Source: Phoronis australis | Lineage: Eukaryota; Animalia; Phoronida | Direction of reading: 5' to 3' | Assembly: GCA_002633005.1 (NCBI GenBank) | Contig: NMRA01000057.1 | Location: 180,469 to 244,468, forward strand | Length of the DNA stretch: 64,000 nt | Part shown: positions 1 to 13,147 of the stretch, in pieces | Position numbering within the stretch: position 1 is the first letter of the stretch | Layout of the letters: each line of letters opens with the position of its first letter | Notes under the pieces: generated by a model | Told to the model about the DNA's origin: nothing | Databases searched by the model: none | Seen by the model: only the letters and a program-made list of their open reading frames with translations | Made by a program: the position numbers and the translations under genes

Positions 1-1668
1 TTCGGTCGTAAAACCGGTAATGTCCACTTAACACCAAACATTAGATGAAAAGAACCGAGAAACCAGAAAAACGGAAATATACCCGTTTTACGATATATAC
101 ATTGGATAGTCGTCTGTGTTTTTACAGGAAAGTTAGGTACATGCGCAAATATACATTTGAAACACATGAGCAAAACATTCTTTGAAAAAAACGCATAATT
201 TTTTATATTTTATATACATTGTATAAGGTCATTTAGGACCACGTGAACCCGCTACTACATCCGAAATTAGGCACATTTATCAATGTTTGAAAATTTTTGA
301 GAGAAAGGAGGAGCAAATTTTCAAATTTTCAAAATATTATGAGTCATAATTTCAGTGACATACTTTACAACACGGTAGACGTCGACATGACTCCCAATTT
401 AGTATCAACTATTAAATGAACGTGTAAAAAACACCTAGGTTAGTGATGCAAAAACCAAAGATTATCCACCTGCAACTTTATGCAAAACACTTGAGATTTA
501 ATTGTTATAAAACGCGTCATTTCGACTAAGTACATATGGGAAGGGCTTTAAATAGGTGCATATACGGTAATCCTATAACCTTACATAGGCGCCTATACAG
601 TAGTGGCGCTGAACAGTGGAGGTCTTGTGTAAGTTCCGGTTTAATTTCCACTTTCTACAACATTTAGTCCAACTGTGCTATCAACCACTGGCAAATTTAC
701 TGGGGTTCGGGTTGTGCTCTCCTCTCCCTAAATAATAGACCTCTGTTGCAAAAATACGTTATTTCTGTCGTTATTATCTGATGAGTAACATTGGCTGATT
801 TGGAATGTCACGAGGAGGACAACAAAAATTTCCAACGGAAAACGGTAGCAATAAGTTAAATGGTACGCCTCAGGCGGAGGAGGGCCATGACAGATCTATG
901 ATCGCCTAGTCTGTTCACTTAGACATTGTTAAAGGTATGATAATAAATCACCATGTATTGCAATAACTCGATTCATTAGCAGCACTTTTTCATTTCTCTG
1001 TATTCATTTTGTCTCTTCTGCTTTGATTGATCGGTTTTAATATCTTGCTGGTCGGTTATTTTCCATTAGATATGTTTTTGAAGAAACGAAACATTTGGAC
1101 TATGAATACCAATCCCCTTGTTGGTTTTCCACATGTAGTATTGAAGTTATTCATAAATATGTAATAAGGACTCTGTTATTGGACACAGCAGATTGAGAGC
1201 TACGTTCACGTCAAGGCGAGATCAGTTTAATGAAGTGGTGGCTAGTTCATTGCATTATTGTACTTTCAGGTCTTGACGTGAGCCTCACTGTCAGTTCAGC
1301 TACCATTCACTTGAGGCAGTCAGCTCAGCTTGTAACTTCCCGTATGCATTGACCTTAGTTATGTTACTTGACGATTACAGTCACTGGAGACAAAAACAAT
1401 TTGTGCCGTGATCCATTACGTGTGTTCTGAACCTATGCGCATTCTGTCCACTTCAGCCCAATGGTTCAAAACGGAATTAAAGGCAGTTTTTACATACAAG
1501 TGTTCAAGCTAGGTTTAAGATCGTAATTCTGGTCTTAAGAATTTAAACATCTGTGGTTAAATAAAAAGACTGCTTAAAATAATATCTAAATAAAAAAGTT
1601 GAACCAAGGCCTGGTGTCTGATCTATATACTCCAAGTCGAACTAGAAATTATTTTTGACATTTTCTAT

Positions 1669-1966
1669 TCTACTTTTGTACGAACTCAAGATAAGTGTTT
1701 ATCATTCTGTGTTGAGTACATCATGGTTTATGCATATGAGTTTGTAGTCCAGGTTCGCGCTTGATGGCCCTTAAGTTCGAGCTACAAATTCGAGAAAATA
1801 CTGAGATGTCGAGTAAAAACTCGAAATTTCGAGATGAAACTAGAAATTTTAGCTTTAATGCTGTTGTCATCAAATACAAAGTAGGATTAGACAGTTATTC
1901 GCGCAAGTCATTATGTACTTGAACATAGAGTCATAGACACTTATCTTGAGTTCGCACAAAAGTAGA
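1669..1966. mobile_element. MITE with ~60-70 bp imperfect terminal inverted repeats
   Basis: TCTACTTTTGTACGAACTCAAGATAAGTGT (from 1669) is the inverted match of ACACTTATCTTGAGTTCGCACAAAAGTAGA (to 1966); TCGA-rich interior. Confidence 0.7.
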
Positions 1967-3645
1967 GCAAGTCACATTAATTAGACTTCCGGAAAATTAT
2001 ATATTGGTTCGATCTGTTTCAGAAAACATGACACTTCGTATAATTACAATATCTTTGGGTTACATAAGTACCTTTTAAGTTTCAGTTTCGAATTAATTGT
2101 AACGGGTTTGTTGTTCAACAGGATTTCTCAGCACAGTGAACTAAATACCATTATAACATAACGTAAAGAATTTTTTTCACAGCAAATTATATTATACAAA
2201 AGTCAGATGTAAAGAATAACACCCCTTTAAGTCAACAACTCGGTGTCGTTTTAAAGTTTGAGTGTTTGGATGGATCACCAAAATTTGATCGTGTAATTCT
2301 TCTGAGCGATAAAAATATAATTCTACCATAACACTCTCCAATAGTATCACAAATGTTGTGTTTTGAAGCAGGGGGCTTTTCCCACAGCCGTCGTCTAACT
2401 CGCCTAAAGCGCTATAGTAACGCTTGCTAATCTGGCAGACTTTGTAAGGAATTTTCAAACCTGGTCCAAACTGTTCAGGATTGACAACATTAACATATTA
2501 TTATTTTTTAGAAAGATTTCAGTGGTGAATTTGTTGTTAGTGTATGTTAAAAAGCCAAATCCGGATTCAGTATTACTTTAAATTAAATGCGGCTATAAGC
2601 CTGATTCTGTCAAGAAACAACGTTTGGTGGGACGCTTGCTGTTGTAAATTTGGTATTAACTTGTTTTGCTCAAATTAAAGGTGATTTCGGAGTTAGGAAA
2701 TAATTGGTAGATCGTCTTTGCTTCAAAATAGACTGTTAACATAAAGATTATAAAAAGGTCTGGGTTTGTAGTTGCTTTCATCGTGCGTGCAATAAAATTT
2801 CCTATGAAGTTAAGAAACAGCTGTGCACCTTTATGGTTGGATAATACCAAAGCCTACATATATATAGACGAGTCTAATATGTAATCATGCCTGTCTGTCT
2901 GCCTACAGAAGCTCTTGTTTGAAGACCAAACGCTACGCACGACTTGACAATCGGGTCTCATCGCTACAGTAAATCTTGCTCTACAATAGTCCATCACAAC
3001 TGCACAAAGAAGTTCTCAAATCACCGATCAAGAACGTCAAAACAATGATTGACTGTGTCTCTGATGTTTGCTATTGTTTGATCCATTCTCACCTACGTGT
3101 ACAAAGGTCTCGCGTTCTACTCTGGACTGTTACGGATTTTACAGCTCATGGCATCCAAGGAAGTTACACAAACATGACAAGCAAAGTTTGTCTATAATTC
3201 AGTGATCAATACAAACACAAAATAAGATGTTCTCACAAAGTTATATCTGATGGTACTTGGTAAGTAATTTATTTGAATAATCATTCACTTGTAATACATA
3301 CTACGATGATTGACGCTATATAAACGGACACCAGAAAACTAACATAACTTATTTATCATATAATGGCTTCACCTGGAAGGCCTATAATTAGGTACCAATA
3401 AAAAATGCAATTTTCTATCATTTATTCAATTCATTGTTCATCTGATCTTGGGAGTGACGTGACTAGATATTAAGTAACGCCAAAGCAGCTGCCAGTGAGT
3501 ACCTCGCCAAGAGCTCAAACTCCTTTAGATTTAAAGGTGTTTTCTACGGATTGATCAAGCTAACTCGGAATAATGAAATCCATACGGCCTCTCGTTCGAT
3601 TGCATCACAGCATAACGTAAAATATGTGCAGCAACATTTATGAGA

Positions 3646-3810
3646 AGACAGTGTAGCTATCAGTGGTTAGAGCTCCGAACTCCCGTTTGAGAGACCTGGG
3701 TACAAGTACTGGCTTTACTTGCTGACACTCGAGCATTGCACAAAGATGTCTCCTACTCCTCTGGGCTCGGTCGTAGTAATGCAAGGGTAGTGAATGAGAA
3801 CCTGGATATA
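3646..3810 (+). mobile_element. tRNA-derived SINE, family A, copy 1
   Basis: tRNA-like head with A-box-like TAGCTATCAGTGGTTAGAGC and degenerate B-box GGTACAAGTAC. The body CGAGCATTGCACAAAGATGTCTCCTA is shared with the inverted copy at 12976-13147. Confidence 0.8.
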
Positions 3811-4436
3811 ATGCGAAAGCGATTTCTGGGGTCGTACTAATATTTGAAAAAACATTAACGACAACTTCAAACAGAAAGAGTTCGTGGCCAGCTTAAGCTT
3901 TTAAACAATTCTAGAACTGCCCCCCCCCCCAAACCAAGAATTTTCAAGAGTCAGGGTGAAACTATGGCAACCCGCATAGGCGTGGGACTGGGAACAGTCG
4001 AGAGAAGAATGATCCAGCGACGGATACAGAAGAGATCGATTTTAAGGGATCACTTATGTCAACTATTAGTCGGCATTTTTGAAGTGCAGATCATGTAAAT
4101 GTAAAAGTATGCGTTCAATCATACAAAGTTTGAAAAAAAAACACGCATAGATTTTCAAGAACACATTGATTGTGATTTTTTAATTCAAGTAGGTACTGCA
4201 ATTCTTCAGGGACCCTTCTCCGGCAATGGATAATAGAGCCATCTGTCGCTCTCTTTTTTCATTTTATGTTGAAATTACACATCCTTTCATATTTGAAGGC
4301 CCCAGTTCTTGGAAGGGGCCCATTGATAGCATACATGGTTTGCCCGACGATGGAATTTACCGTCACTCTTTTCTGTTCGTCCTCGGTCATAACTTGACTA
4401 CTGCATAGAACTCTATGATTAATGTGAAGACAAACA

Positions 4437-4762
4437 AATGCTTCTTACCCTGTGCCGCATGTCCTTCGAAGTAAGAGGTCTGGCTAAAAAGACCCAACGA
4501 AAACTCCATCAGTTTTAAGGAAACTCAAACCGGCAACAATGCACGAAAATAATTGACAGTTGTAGCCGTTCACATGATTAAAGTTTTTGCTACTAACGAA
4601 AATGTCATCAAAAACATTAGTATTTCATCGCAGTTTGTGAACGGGATATATCCCGCTCTACCGGCGGTTTGAATCACCTCAAAACTGCTGGCGTTTTTGC
4701 GACCACTTTGTAGCCAGACCGCTTACTTCGACTGGTACATAAGCGCGAGGGTGAGAAGCCTT
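4437..4762. mobile_element. MITE with ~55 bp imperfect TIRs
   Basis: GCTTCTTACCCT...TCGAAGTAAGAGGTCTGGCTA is the inverted match of TAGCCAGACCGCTTACTTCGA...AGGGTGAGAAGC. Confidence 0.65.
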
Positions 4763-6191
4763 AGTTTATAATCGCATTGACAGAACACGTTTTGACGTCA
4801 ATTTTTGTTTAAAAGCGATTTGGGTGGTGAAGAAACAAACGAACTTCTGTCTAACTAAAACGCTGGTATTTTTTCTAGGGATTTAGCCAGGAAACTGCTA
4901 ACGTTTTCGCCATTCGTGTGAACTATATGAAAATATGCACAAAAACATTCTAGTTTGAGTGATTGTCTAAATTGTTTCTAGGCTGTGATGTGTTAATAGC
5001 CACACGGTTAAACTTTTATGCCGTAATTGTGAAGACTAGTTTCTGACTTGAATCTTAACTAACTTTTCGTAAAACATATCCATGTGGTACAAATTCTAGT
5101 GCGGACACTTAACACGAAGAATGCACACCGTTTGACAGTGGGGCAATAATTATGGTTTTTAATTGAAAACATTCGAAGAGTCGGTCAGCGGTTGGCAGTC
5201 GCCGTTCAAAGGTAGTTGCAACGTGTCAAGTAATGAACAAACGTATAATAAACGTAAATGAAAAAGCTCCCTATACACATTTAGAAACACATTTGTAAGA
5301 AGAAACCCGATAACTTACTTGTACAAGATTCTTTTCCTTTTGCGTTTTCTTAATCGCAAAGTTATGTTTACCCACGATGCGGCATGACTTATGATATTTG
5401 AATTAGAGCCAAAGAGTATATTATGCTGCGCGGTTTGAGCAGCCTGTTTATATATATATAATTGTGACCATACAAATCTGGATGTCTATGGCCGTGACCT
5501 TTTCATCTGGGCGTGTGTTAGCATACCGTCCTCTGTGTTTACTTCAAAATCTTCATTCAAACCAACAATTCATTTGCAGGGAGTGTTAAAAGCCTGACAC
5601 AACAAACTGTTACCGGTTTGTTATACAATAACTTTTTGAATTTTATTGTATAGAGCAAAATGCTTAAATTGGTCTCCACTTACTCTTCTCTCAGATTGCA
5701 AGTGTGTTTTTTTGATTCTCTAAAGAACTGGTAGCTCTTTGTAGCTAGAGAACAATAAAGGCAAATAGTTATAGTCCCTTTAAGAAAAAGGTAAACAAGG
5801 TTGTCGATGCACGACAGTCAAAACAGGAAGGGTTCACTGTTTGAGAACACTGTCTTAGTTTGAAATGAACATGAAAGGCGTAGGTCTATTTCATTTCGTT
5901 TTACGACCTTCATGAAGGAAAAATCACAAAATTAACTATCGCTAATTTGTCTCTATGCTCCCTTACCATAATAGCACTTGGTTCCCACCGTTGACTTGAA
6001 ACGCTTACATCTTAGAGAGGGTGGCGAACCTCGTCAAAAGTGACGGTTGTATGTCATTGCTTTTACTAGGTGACGTCGTGAATGGTGTGTTTAGAGATCG
6101 ATTTTTTCTGATTGTCAAATGTGCGACGGAGTTACATGCTCAACTGCATATATTAGAGGCAGGGCGGTTACAAAAACATTGACAGTAACAG

Positions 6192-6252
6192 AGGTCAGAA
6201 GTCAGAGGTCAGCGGAAGGTCACGACCTGCATATATGACGATAATGACCTTG
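6192..6252. promoter_or_regulatory. Cluster of nuclear-receptor half-sites (DR1-DR1-DR5-IR0)
   Basis: AGGTCA g AAGTCA g AGGTCA gcgga AGGTCA CGACCT, plus TGACCTTG at 6245-6252. Confidence 0.35.
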
Positions 6253-6365
6253 AAAGTACCCTTTAATAGGACTTTTTAATACTACCATCAGTGGATAATA
6301 CTGATACAGAAATTTATTTAACATTTTAGACTTTTTCGCTTATATTATAGAAAATAATCTCGAAA

Positions 6366-7810
6366 GCCAAAACTGCTCTGATGAGATGTATCCTTGCGGC
6401 GGGTAAAACTTGGGCAATGACTCCCAAGAATATGCCCTGGATTTACAATGCTGTTATCCGACATACAACGTCATGTGCTGTGTCGGGATGGGTAACGGCG
6501 TTGAAACAGAGTACAGTTATCAGCAAGCTTGGCAGATGCAACGGGTGAGCTCAGTTCTTTGGGCATCACCTCCGCTTTTGTGGGAACGCCTTCAGCAGCC
6601 CTAGAAATGATAATTGGTCTACTACCACTGTATATACACTTTGAGGGAGAAGCCACGTATGCAGCGCTACGTCTCTGACTAATTGTCAGTGGGTGAAAAC
6701 TCACATCCCTGATTCTGTTGCACACAGAAGTCACAGGGACGTGTGTAATAAGCTAATGACCAAAACTGGGCAGCTATTGACCATGCCTTGTGATGTCCAG
6801 TTCACAGCTTTAAATCATACAGACAAATTCTCCACGGAGATTGCTGACGGTATACCTGTACCAGAACATAAGAATCGGCTGGTTTGTTACAAGTACAACC
6901 CTAAACTAGAAAATGGCCAACCTGGTGCTGCAGTCTAGTTTCCAAAATTTCCTATTGCTGTTGCGGAAAACTTGGTTTCAATTGACAACTCTGCAACGGT
7001 GTTCCAGGCTGAAGTTAACACCGCAGTGACTATTAACATTTAGCTGCTCAAATACCACGACAATACAATACTGAGCTGAGCAACCAGTCTACCACCATCT
7101 TTTCTGATAGTCAAGCAAAAATATGAGAGCCTTTTGAGAAACGACGAGTCATTTCTTACTGCCTTAACTTTTGTTCTAAAGAGCTTAAAAAACTTGCAAT
7201 CGAGGGAACTGTCATGATACCTTTGGTCGGGGCCCACGTAGGAGTTGAGGCCAATGAAAATGCCGATAAACTCGCAAAGATTGGAGCAAGCATTCTGCAT
7301 TATGAACTACCCAGAAGCTGCTATCCTACGGATGCTGCAGGTTGAGTGTATCTGAGCACGTACTCGGTCAGCAACACAGTGGTCAACTGCAGCAGAGAAA
7401 CCAAGGAGAATTTTTCCAATTTGACCAATCCAAAAGGTTCAAGAAACCTTCTGAGTTTTGACAGGTTGAGCATGGGACACGTCATTCAAATTTTAACAGG
7501 TCACTGTAATCTAGCCCGACACAGGAACACCATTAGGCATATAAGTAGCCCAGTGTGTCTTGAGTGCGGTACTGACGTTGAAAGCCTTGAACACCTGGTA
7601 GAGTCTTGCCCAGTTTTTATAGGCTAAAGAGCAAGCTCTTGGGTGGAACCATTACAGTCCTACAACATATAGTGCATGGCAACTATTGTAAAACTTTCCA
7701 GGCATGCTTGAAAACTTCTATCGCGAACAACGTGTTGATCGCTAACAACCAGGCAAAAGTTTTAACTCAAGTGTTTCGTGCAATGGGCCCATGTGGCCTG
7801 CCTGCACACG
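6366..7810 (+). mobile_element. Decayed, 5'-truncated non-LTR retrotransposon with RNase H and C-terminal CCHC zinc finger (LOA/Lian or R1-group-like)
   Basis: Frameshifted fragments: GKTWAMTPKNMPWIYNAVIR and GITSAFVGTPSAALEMIIGLLPLYIHFEGEA (post-RT connector); GAAV...SATVFQAEV and HVGVEANENADKLAKIGA (RNase H motifs); ILTGHCNLARH...CLECGTDVESLEHLVESCP (C-terminal zinc knuckle). Many stops and frameshifts. Confidence 0.85.
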
Positions 7811-9423
7811 TCTGATGCACCGCAAACGACATGAGACCACTACCACATTTTGCTTCTTGATTTGGCTCAGGGTGAGGCAAATTTTAACTGCCAATGGGGC
7901 TGTTGTTTGAGCGGACTTCAACTACAGGTGGGATTCATTCTTATCCCCTTGGTATACGGGCATGTGATTATTTTCATTAAAACAGGACGAAAACATGCAG
8001 GCAGGTCCCTGAAAATAATCCGTAGACACGTCAGAGATTTATGGGAATGAGCNTGTCAGTGGGTGAAAACTCACATCCCTGATTCTGTTGCACACAGAAG
8101 TCACAGGGACGTGTGTAATAAGCTAATGACCAAAACTGGGCAACTATTGACCATGCCTTGTGATGTCCAGTTCACAGCTTTAAATCATACTGACAAATTC
8201 TCCACGGAGATTGCTGACGGTATACCTGTACCAGAACACAAGAATCAGGTGCTTTGTTACAAGTACAACCCTAAACTAGAAAATGGCCAACCTGGTGCTG
8301 CAGTCTAGTTTCCAAAATTTCCTATTGCTGTTGCGGAAAACTTGGTTTCAATTGACAACTTTGCAACGGTGCTCCAGGCTGAAGTTAACACCGCAGTGAC
8401 TATTAACATTTAGCTGCTCAAATACCACGACAATACAATACTGAGCTGAGCAACCAGCCTACCACCATCTTTTCTGATAGTCAAGCAAAAATATGAGAGC
8501 GCTTTTGAGAAACGACGAGTCATCTCTTACTGTCTTAACTTTTGTTCTAAAGAGCTTAAAAAACTTGCAATCGAGGGAACTGTCATGATACCTTTGGTCG
8601 GGGCCCACGTAGGAGTTGAGGCCAATGAAAATGCCGATAAACTCGCAAAGATTGGAGCAAGCATTCTGCATTATGAACTACCAAGAAGCTGCTATCCTAC
8701 GGATGCTGCAGGTTGAGTGTATCTGAGTACGTGCTCGGTCAGCAGCGCAGTGGGCAGCTGTAGCAGAAAAACCTAGGAGAATTTTTCCAATTTGACCAAT
8801 CCAAAAGGTTCAAGAAACCTTCTGAGTCTTGACAGGTTGAGCATGGGACACGTCCTTCAAATTTTAACAGGTCACTGTAATCTAGCCCGACACAGGAACA
8901 CCATTAGGCATATAAGTAGCCCAGTGTGTCTTGAGTGTGGTACTGACGTTGAAAGCCTTGAACACCTGGTGGAGTCTTGCCCAGTTTTTATAGGCTAAAG
9001 AGCAAGCTCTTGGGTGGAACCATTACAGTCCTACAACATATAGTGCATGGCAACTATTGTAAAACTTTCCAGGCATGCTTGAAAACTTCTATCGCGAACA
9101 ACGTGTTGATCGCTAACAACCAGGCAAAAGTTTTAACTCAAGTGTTTCGTGCAATGGGCCCATGTGGCCTGCCTGCACACGTCTGATGCACCGCAAACGA
9201 CATGAGACCACTACCACATTTTGCTTCTTGATTTGGCTCAGGGTGAGGCAAATTTTAACTGCCAATGGGGCTGTTGTTTGAGCGGACTTCAACTACAGGT
9301 GGGATTCATTCTTATCCCCTTGGTATACGGGCATGTGATTATTTTCATTAAAACAGGACGAAAACATGCAGGCAGGTCCCTGAAAATAATCCGTAGACAC
9401 GTCAGAGATTTATGGGAATGAGC
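6684..9423. repeat. Tandem ~1.37 kb duplication (6684-8052 / 8054-9423) flanking an N, probable assembly artefact
   Basis: The copies abut exactly at the N and differ by a few allelic-level substitutions. Confidence 0.85.
8054..9185 (+). mobile_element. Second copy of the same LINE 3' fragment (likely haplotype duplicate)
   Basis: Near-identical to 6684-7815 with scattered SNPs and indels; starts immediately after N at 8053. Confidence 0.75.
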
Positions 9424-12400
9424 GCATTCGAGCGAGTTAATGTAAACGGCTACATCTTTGAAAACCATGGCTTGAGTTTACAACGGTTTTGGGTAGTAGA
9501 CCGAACCATTTGTTTTGTTTTTCGCGAGATATCAACATGTATTACAAGCGAAGCATATGATCACGTTAGCTTCCTTCGTCAGATTCTTTGCGTTTACGAA
9601 AATTTACCCGGTTCTGTCCAAAATATGGACTTGAAGTTTATATTAAATACGCTTCACAAACACTATTCTGGAGAACTCTTACATGGGCCTTATTGTTTCG
9701 TATATAACATAGTAAAACATATGTAAAGCCTGTTTGAAACGCATTATCTAATAACGTTTGAAATTAACTTACGTCATCACATGTGATCGACTTAATGGTC
9801 TTTGAACAGCATTGGCAGTTATTCTTTTAGCACACGTCTTTTAGTTGCATGTTGAACAAAATACACGTTTACTTGCACCGACTGATAACCGAGAGAAAGT
9901 TATGTCTCCTGCGTCAGCACCTTACAAAGAAACTAAGAAGAACAACCTGAGGACACTGATAGCATTTCATGTAATGGCGTTTTCTTACACGCGAAATTTG
10001 ACACCCTCCTCTAATTTGTTTGATTGCGTTCGTGAAAAGAAAGGCGTGTTTCTTGCCCTACGGTAACGATAACACTTGTGCTGCGTCATAGGTTCTTCCT
10101 TTGTCAGGTTTTCGCTCGGGGGCAATAAAAAGGTATCTCTGTCTGTGTTTCTAGTAAACAGAGGCTGATCAAAACAGATTTGTTAAAACTTGCAACTGAA
10201 TGGATAATGATAAGCGGATTGTAATTCATTTGTAAGAGAATTCATACTACATGTATGACTGGCTTTAGCTAAAACCTTTGTAAAAGGAATTGCTCCCAGT
10301 TTATTATAAACTGAAACTTTATCTAGAACTATAAAAATCCTTTCAAAACAAACACAATTTAACATAGAATTTTGATCGTAATTTTAAATTAGTGAAGGCA
10401 CATTAACAAAATGGCTTGCACGTTTGAATGACGTGGTTTTGCATAGCTATAAATTTGATAATAGAGAGGTTTCTCTAAGCCACGTGAACGTGAATTATGA
10501 CGTGTACTTAATTACGCGTGCCGATTCACGTTACAGTAACAAAAATGGGGTTCGCAACAGCTAAATTTTTACTTGAACGTGAAAGTAAAAATGATTTGAA
10601 TAACTAAGCTCAGGATGTCCACTTATCGTAGTACATATCCGCTGCAGATAAGCAAGAAAGTAATATATGTTGAATGTGAACTAGTCGTTTCTACATGTAC
10701 GAACTCCTGCGAAAAGTGATCAACTCTTACAATAAGAAATTTGCAGTTTAAAATAAAAAGATGCATGTAAATTAAGCATATAAAAAATTGACAACACAAA
10801 ATTATATCTAGCTGTTATAAATCCATTCTAGTTCGATGATATCCAGCGAACCTCGGCAGAATAAGGTTTGGAAAAAGTGCTTTCTTGCAACTAAACTTTA
10901 AGAACATAAATAGACAAAGAAGTAGTGTTCATCTCATACTGAAGCAAAGAAGAAAGATTGAGAACCCTATCAAAATAAAAAAAATCTTTTCGATGTCTCA
11001 CCGAATAAGAATTAAAAAGGGGCCATAGGTTTCACGTTTAAAGCGACGTGAATCTCTTGGCATTCCCGTAAAATACTCAAACACTATCGGGATTAATTCT
11101 ACGTACTATTTTAGTGACATTGTTTTCATCCAATGAGACGTAGTTTGTGTTCTAAACTTGTGAAAACTAAGCAACCGCATACGTAAAGTAGTAGCGAATC
11201 TTAATTTATCGTCCTTTTTAAGATGCTATAATTTTACGTTTCGTCAAAAAATAACTTTTTATTCAGACCCATTATATCGCCATAAAACTTATCTCAATTT
11301 GTTTTTCATTCAGATAACAAATGATTTCCGGGTTTGGAAAGTTTTTCCGGTTCGTCAATACTTGAGTTCACGCTCGGGGCATAGAATGATCCGCCGCGTC
11401 AAGCCAACTTGTTAATGCTGGTCTCTTAAAATAAAGTTCCTTCCAAGCCCAAAAATCCCCTCTACATTAGTTCATAGATACAGAGTTTTGTGATAAGACC
11501 GATGTAATAATGGTAAGTGGCCTAAAAGGGATTTTTTGTAGTAGACGGTGAGTTTACAATCGCTTTAATTTAGTCTAATGCACTTCATTAATGTCAATTA
11601 ACTTAAAACCATCAAGAGAAGAAAAACCTAAGTGATAGGAAGGGCGTTGTTTTATATAGTAACAATCACCATAAGAGGACATGTAAGCATTTCTGAATCA
11701 ATGGAATGGTAATTTCTCAATTCTTTCTTCTGCTTTTAATTTAGATTCGCCGTCTCAAAAGAATAAGTGTCAGTTCCATTTAGGGGATTGGGTGGCGCTT
11801 CAAACAGTAATACTTGCATCTGTCGGATCTAACCGGACCCAGAGAATCCATAAGAGTTAGAAGAAATCCGACGGCTGAACCCATTAGCTTCGCAGCACAA
11901 GCAGCAGCAACAGTCGAATACTCTGCCGCGTTCAGTAGCACGTTATTTTAAGCGTAGTTAAACGATAAAGATATCAGGTTTCAGCGTATGTCTGGCAAAC
12001 AACGGCGAGAATTGGTGATTTGTATTAAAAATCATAAAAGCACAACGGATTATGTTGTTTTAAAGCTCTGGCCACAGCTAATAACTTCAAGAAGTCTATC
12101 CCATCCAACAATAATTCCCACAATGCGTTTTCAACCGTAAAACCGATAACGTTCCTTTAATGTGCAAATTTTACTGTAGTTGCAGCAGATAAATTGAGAA
12201 TTAAACTTTCATAATTTCACACTTTCACGATGTTGGTTTTATCTTAGTCACATTTTCAACATCAATACGCTATTAATCACATATGTGGACGATGAAAACT
12301 ATTAATTAAAGTATGGGCAATTCTAGAAAACAGGGCACAAAGGCCAACTGCTGTTCCAGTGATCAACGGTGTTAATGTGTAATTAGATTTGATTCTTGTA

Positions 12401-12604
12401 CGTCCCGGGGAGCTCAATTCCACGTCACAGCAGTGTTCAGAAGAGGATGTTTGTTAGAAGGTAGACAACAAACAAGCACTCACAAAGGCGTTCTATCTCA
12501 GTGCTGACGTCTTATGAGTAATTAGCATATCTTTAATTTCAAAGCGTGCGATCACCACGAGCGCACGAAAGCTAAACCAAAAAAATACGGAATTGAAATG
12601 CATC

Positions 12605-12618
12605 GTTCTCATGGCAAC
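12605..12618. promoter_or_regulatory. Consensus RFX X-box
   Basis: GTTCTCATGGCAAC fits GTHNYY-AT-RRNAAC exactly. Confidence 0.35.
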
Positions 12619-12975
12619 AAATCTGCCGTCTTATTTGATGACGATAAGAAGGAAGATCAGACGCCCGATGAGCATTCACAATTATATTTTCTGATTAGAT
12701 GTCCGATTTACTTTCTGATCCGACGGCATAGGAACTATGCGTTCATTCATAATCTTCGGCTCTGCAAAGGTATCTCTTCCTACATTGTATGTTCCTGGTC
12801 GTCTTGATGAAAAAGGATGAGTTGGGGCTAAAGGCAGAGCCAAAAAGGTTAAAAGATTGCATGCCTGGCAATATTCTTTAGTATTTTCAAATACTGAGAA
12901 CAGCTCATTAAAGTTTTGTTCTATTCCACTGAACTCAACGCCACATCAGTGTGACATGCTTTAGCAAAGGGCTAA

Positions 12976-13147
12976 TATACAGCAAGTTCTCGTTCACTCT
13001 CTTGCACACATTCACAAGTAAGACCGAGCTCAGAGGAATAGGAGACATCTTTGTGCAATGCTCGAATGTCAGCCAGTGAAGCCAGGATTTGAAGCCAGTT
13101 CTCTCATGCGGGAGTCCGGAGCTCTAACTAATGAGCCACATTGTCTC
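12976..13147 (-). mobile_element. tRNA-derived SINE, family A, copy 2
   Basis: Reverse complement reads GAGACAATGTGGCTCATTAGTTAGAGCTCCGGACTCCCG...GCTTCAAATCC... and aligns along its length with 3646-3810. Confidence 0.8.

Noticed and set aside
1-550. Possible end of a TTAA-type DNA transposon
   Set aside because: The other terminus would lie outside the window, and there is no internal copy to confirm it.
3646-3712. tRNA gene
   Set aside because: Degenerate T-arm, no proper acceptor stem, and it continues into a body shared with another dispersed copy, so it is a SINE head.
11854-11960. Gln-rich short frame ELEEIRRLNPLASQHKQQQQSNTLPRS
   Set aside because: No start codon, no convincing splice sites and no recognised homology.
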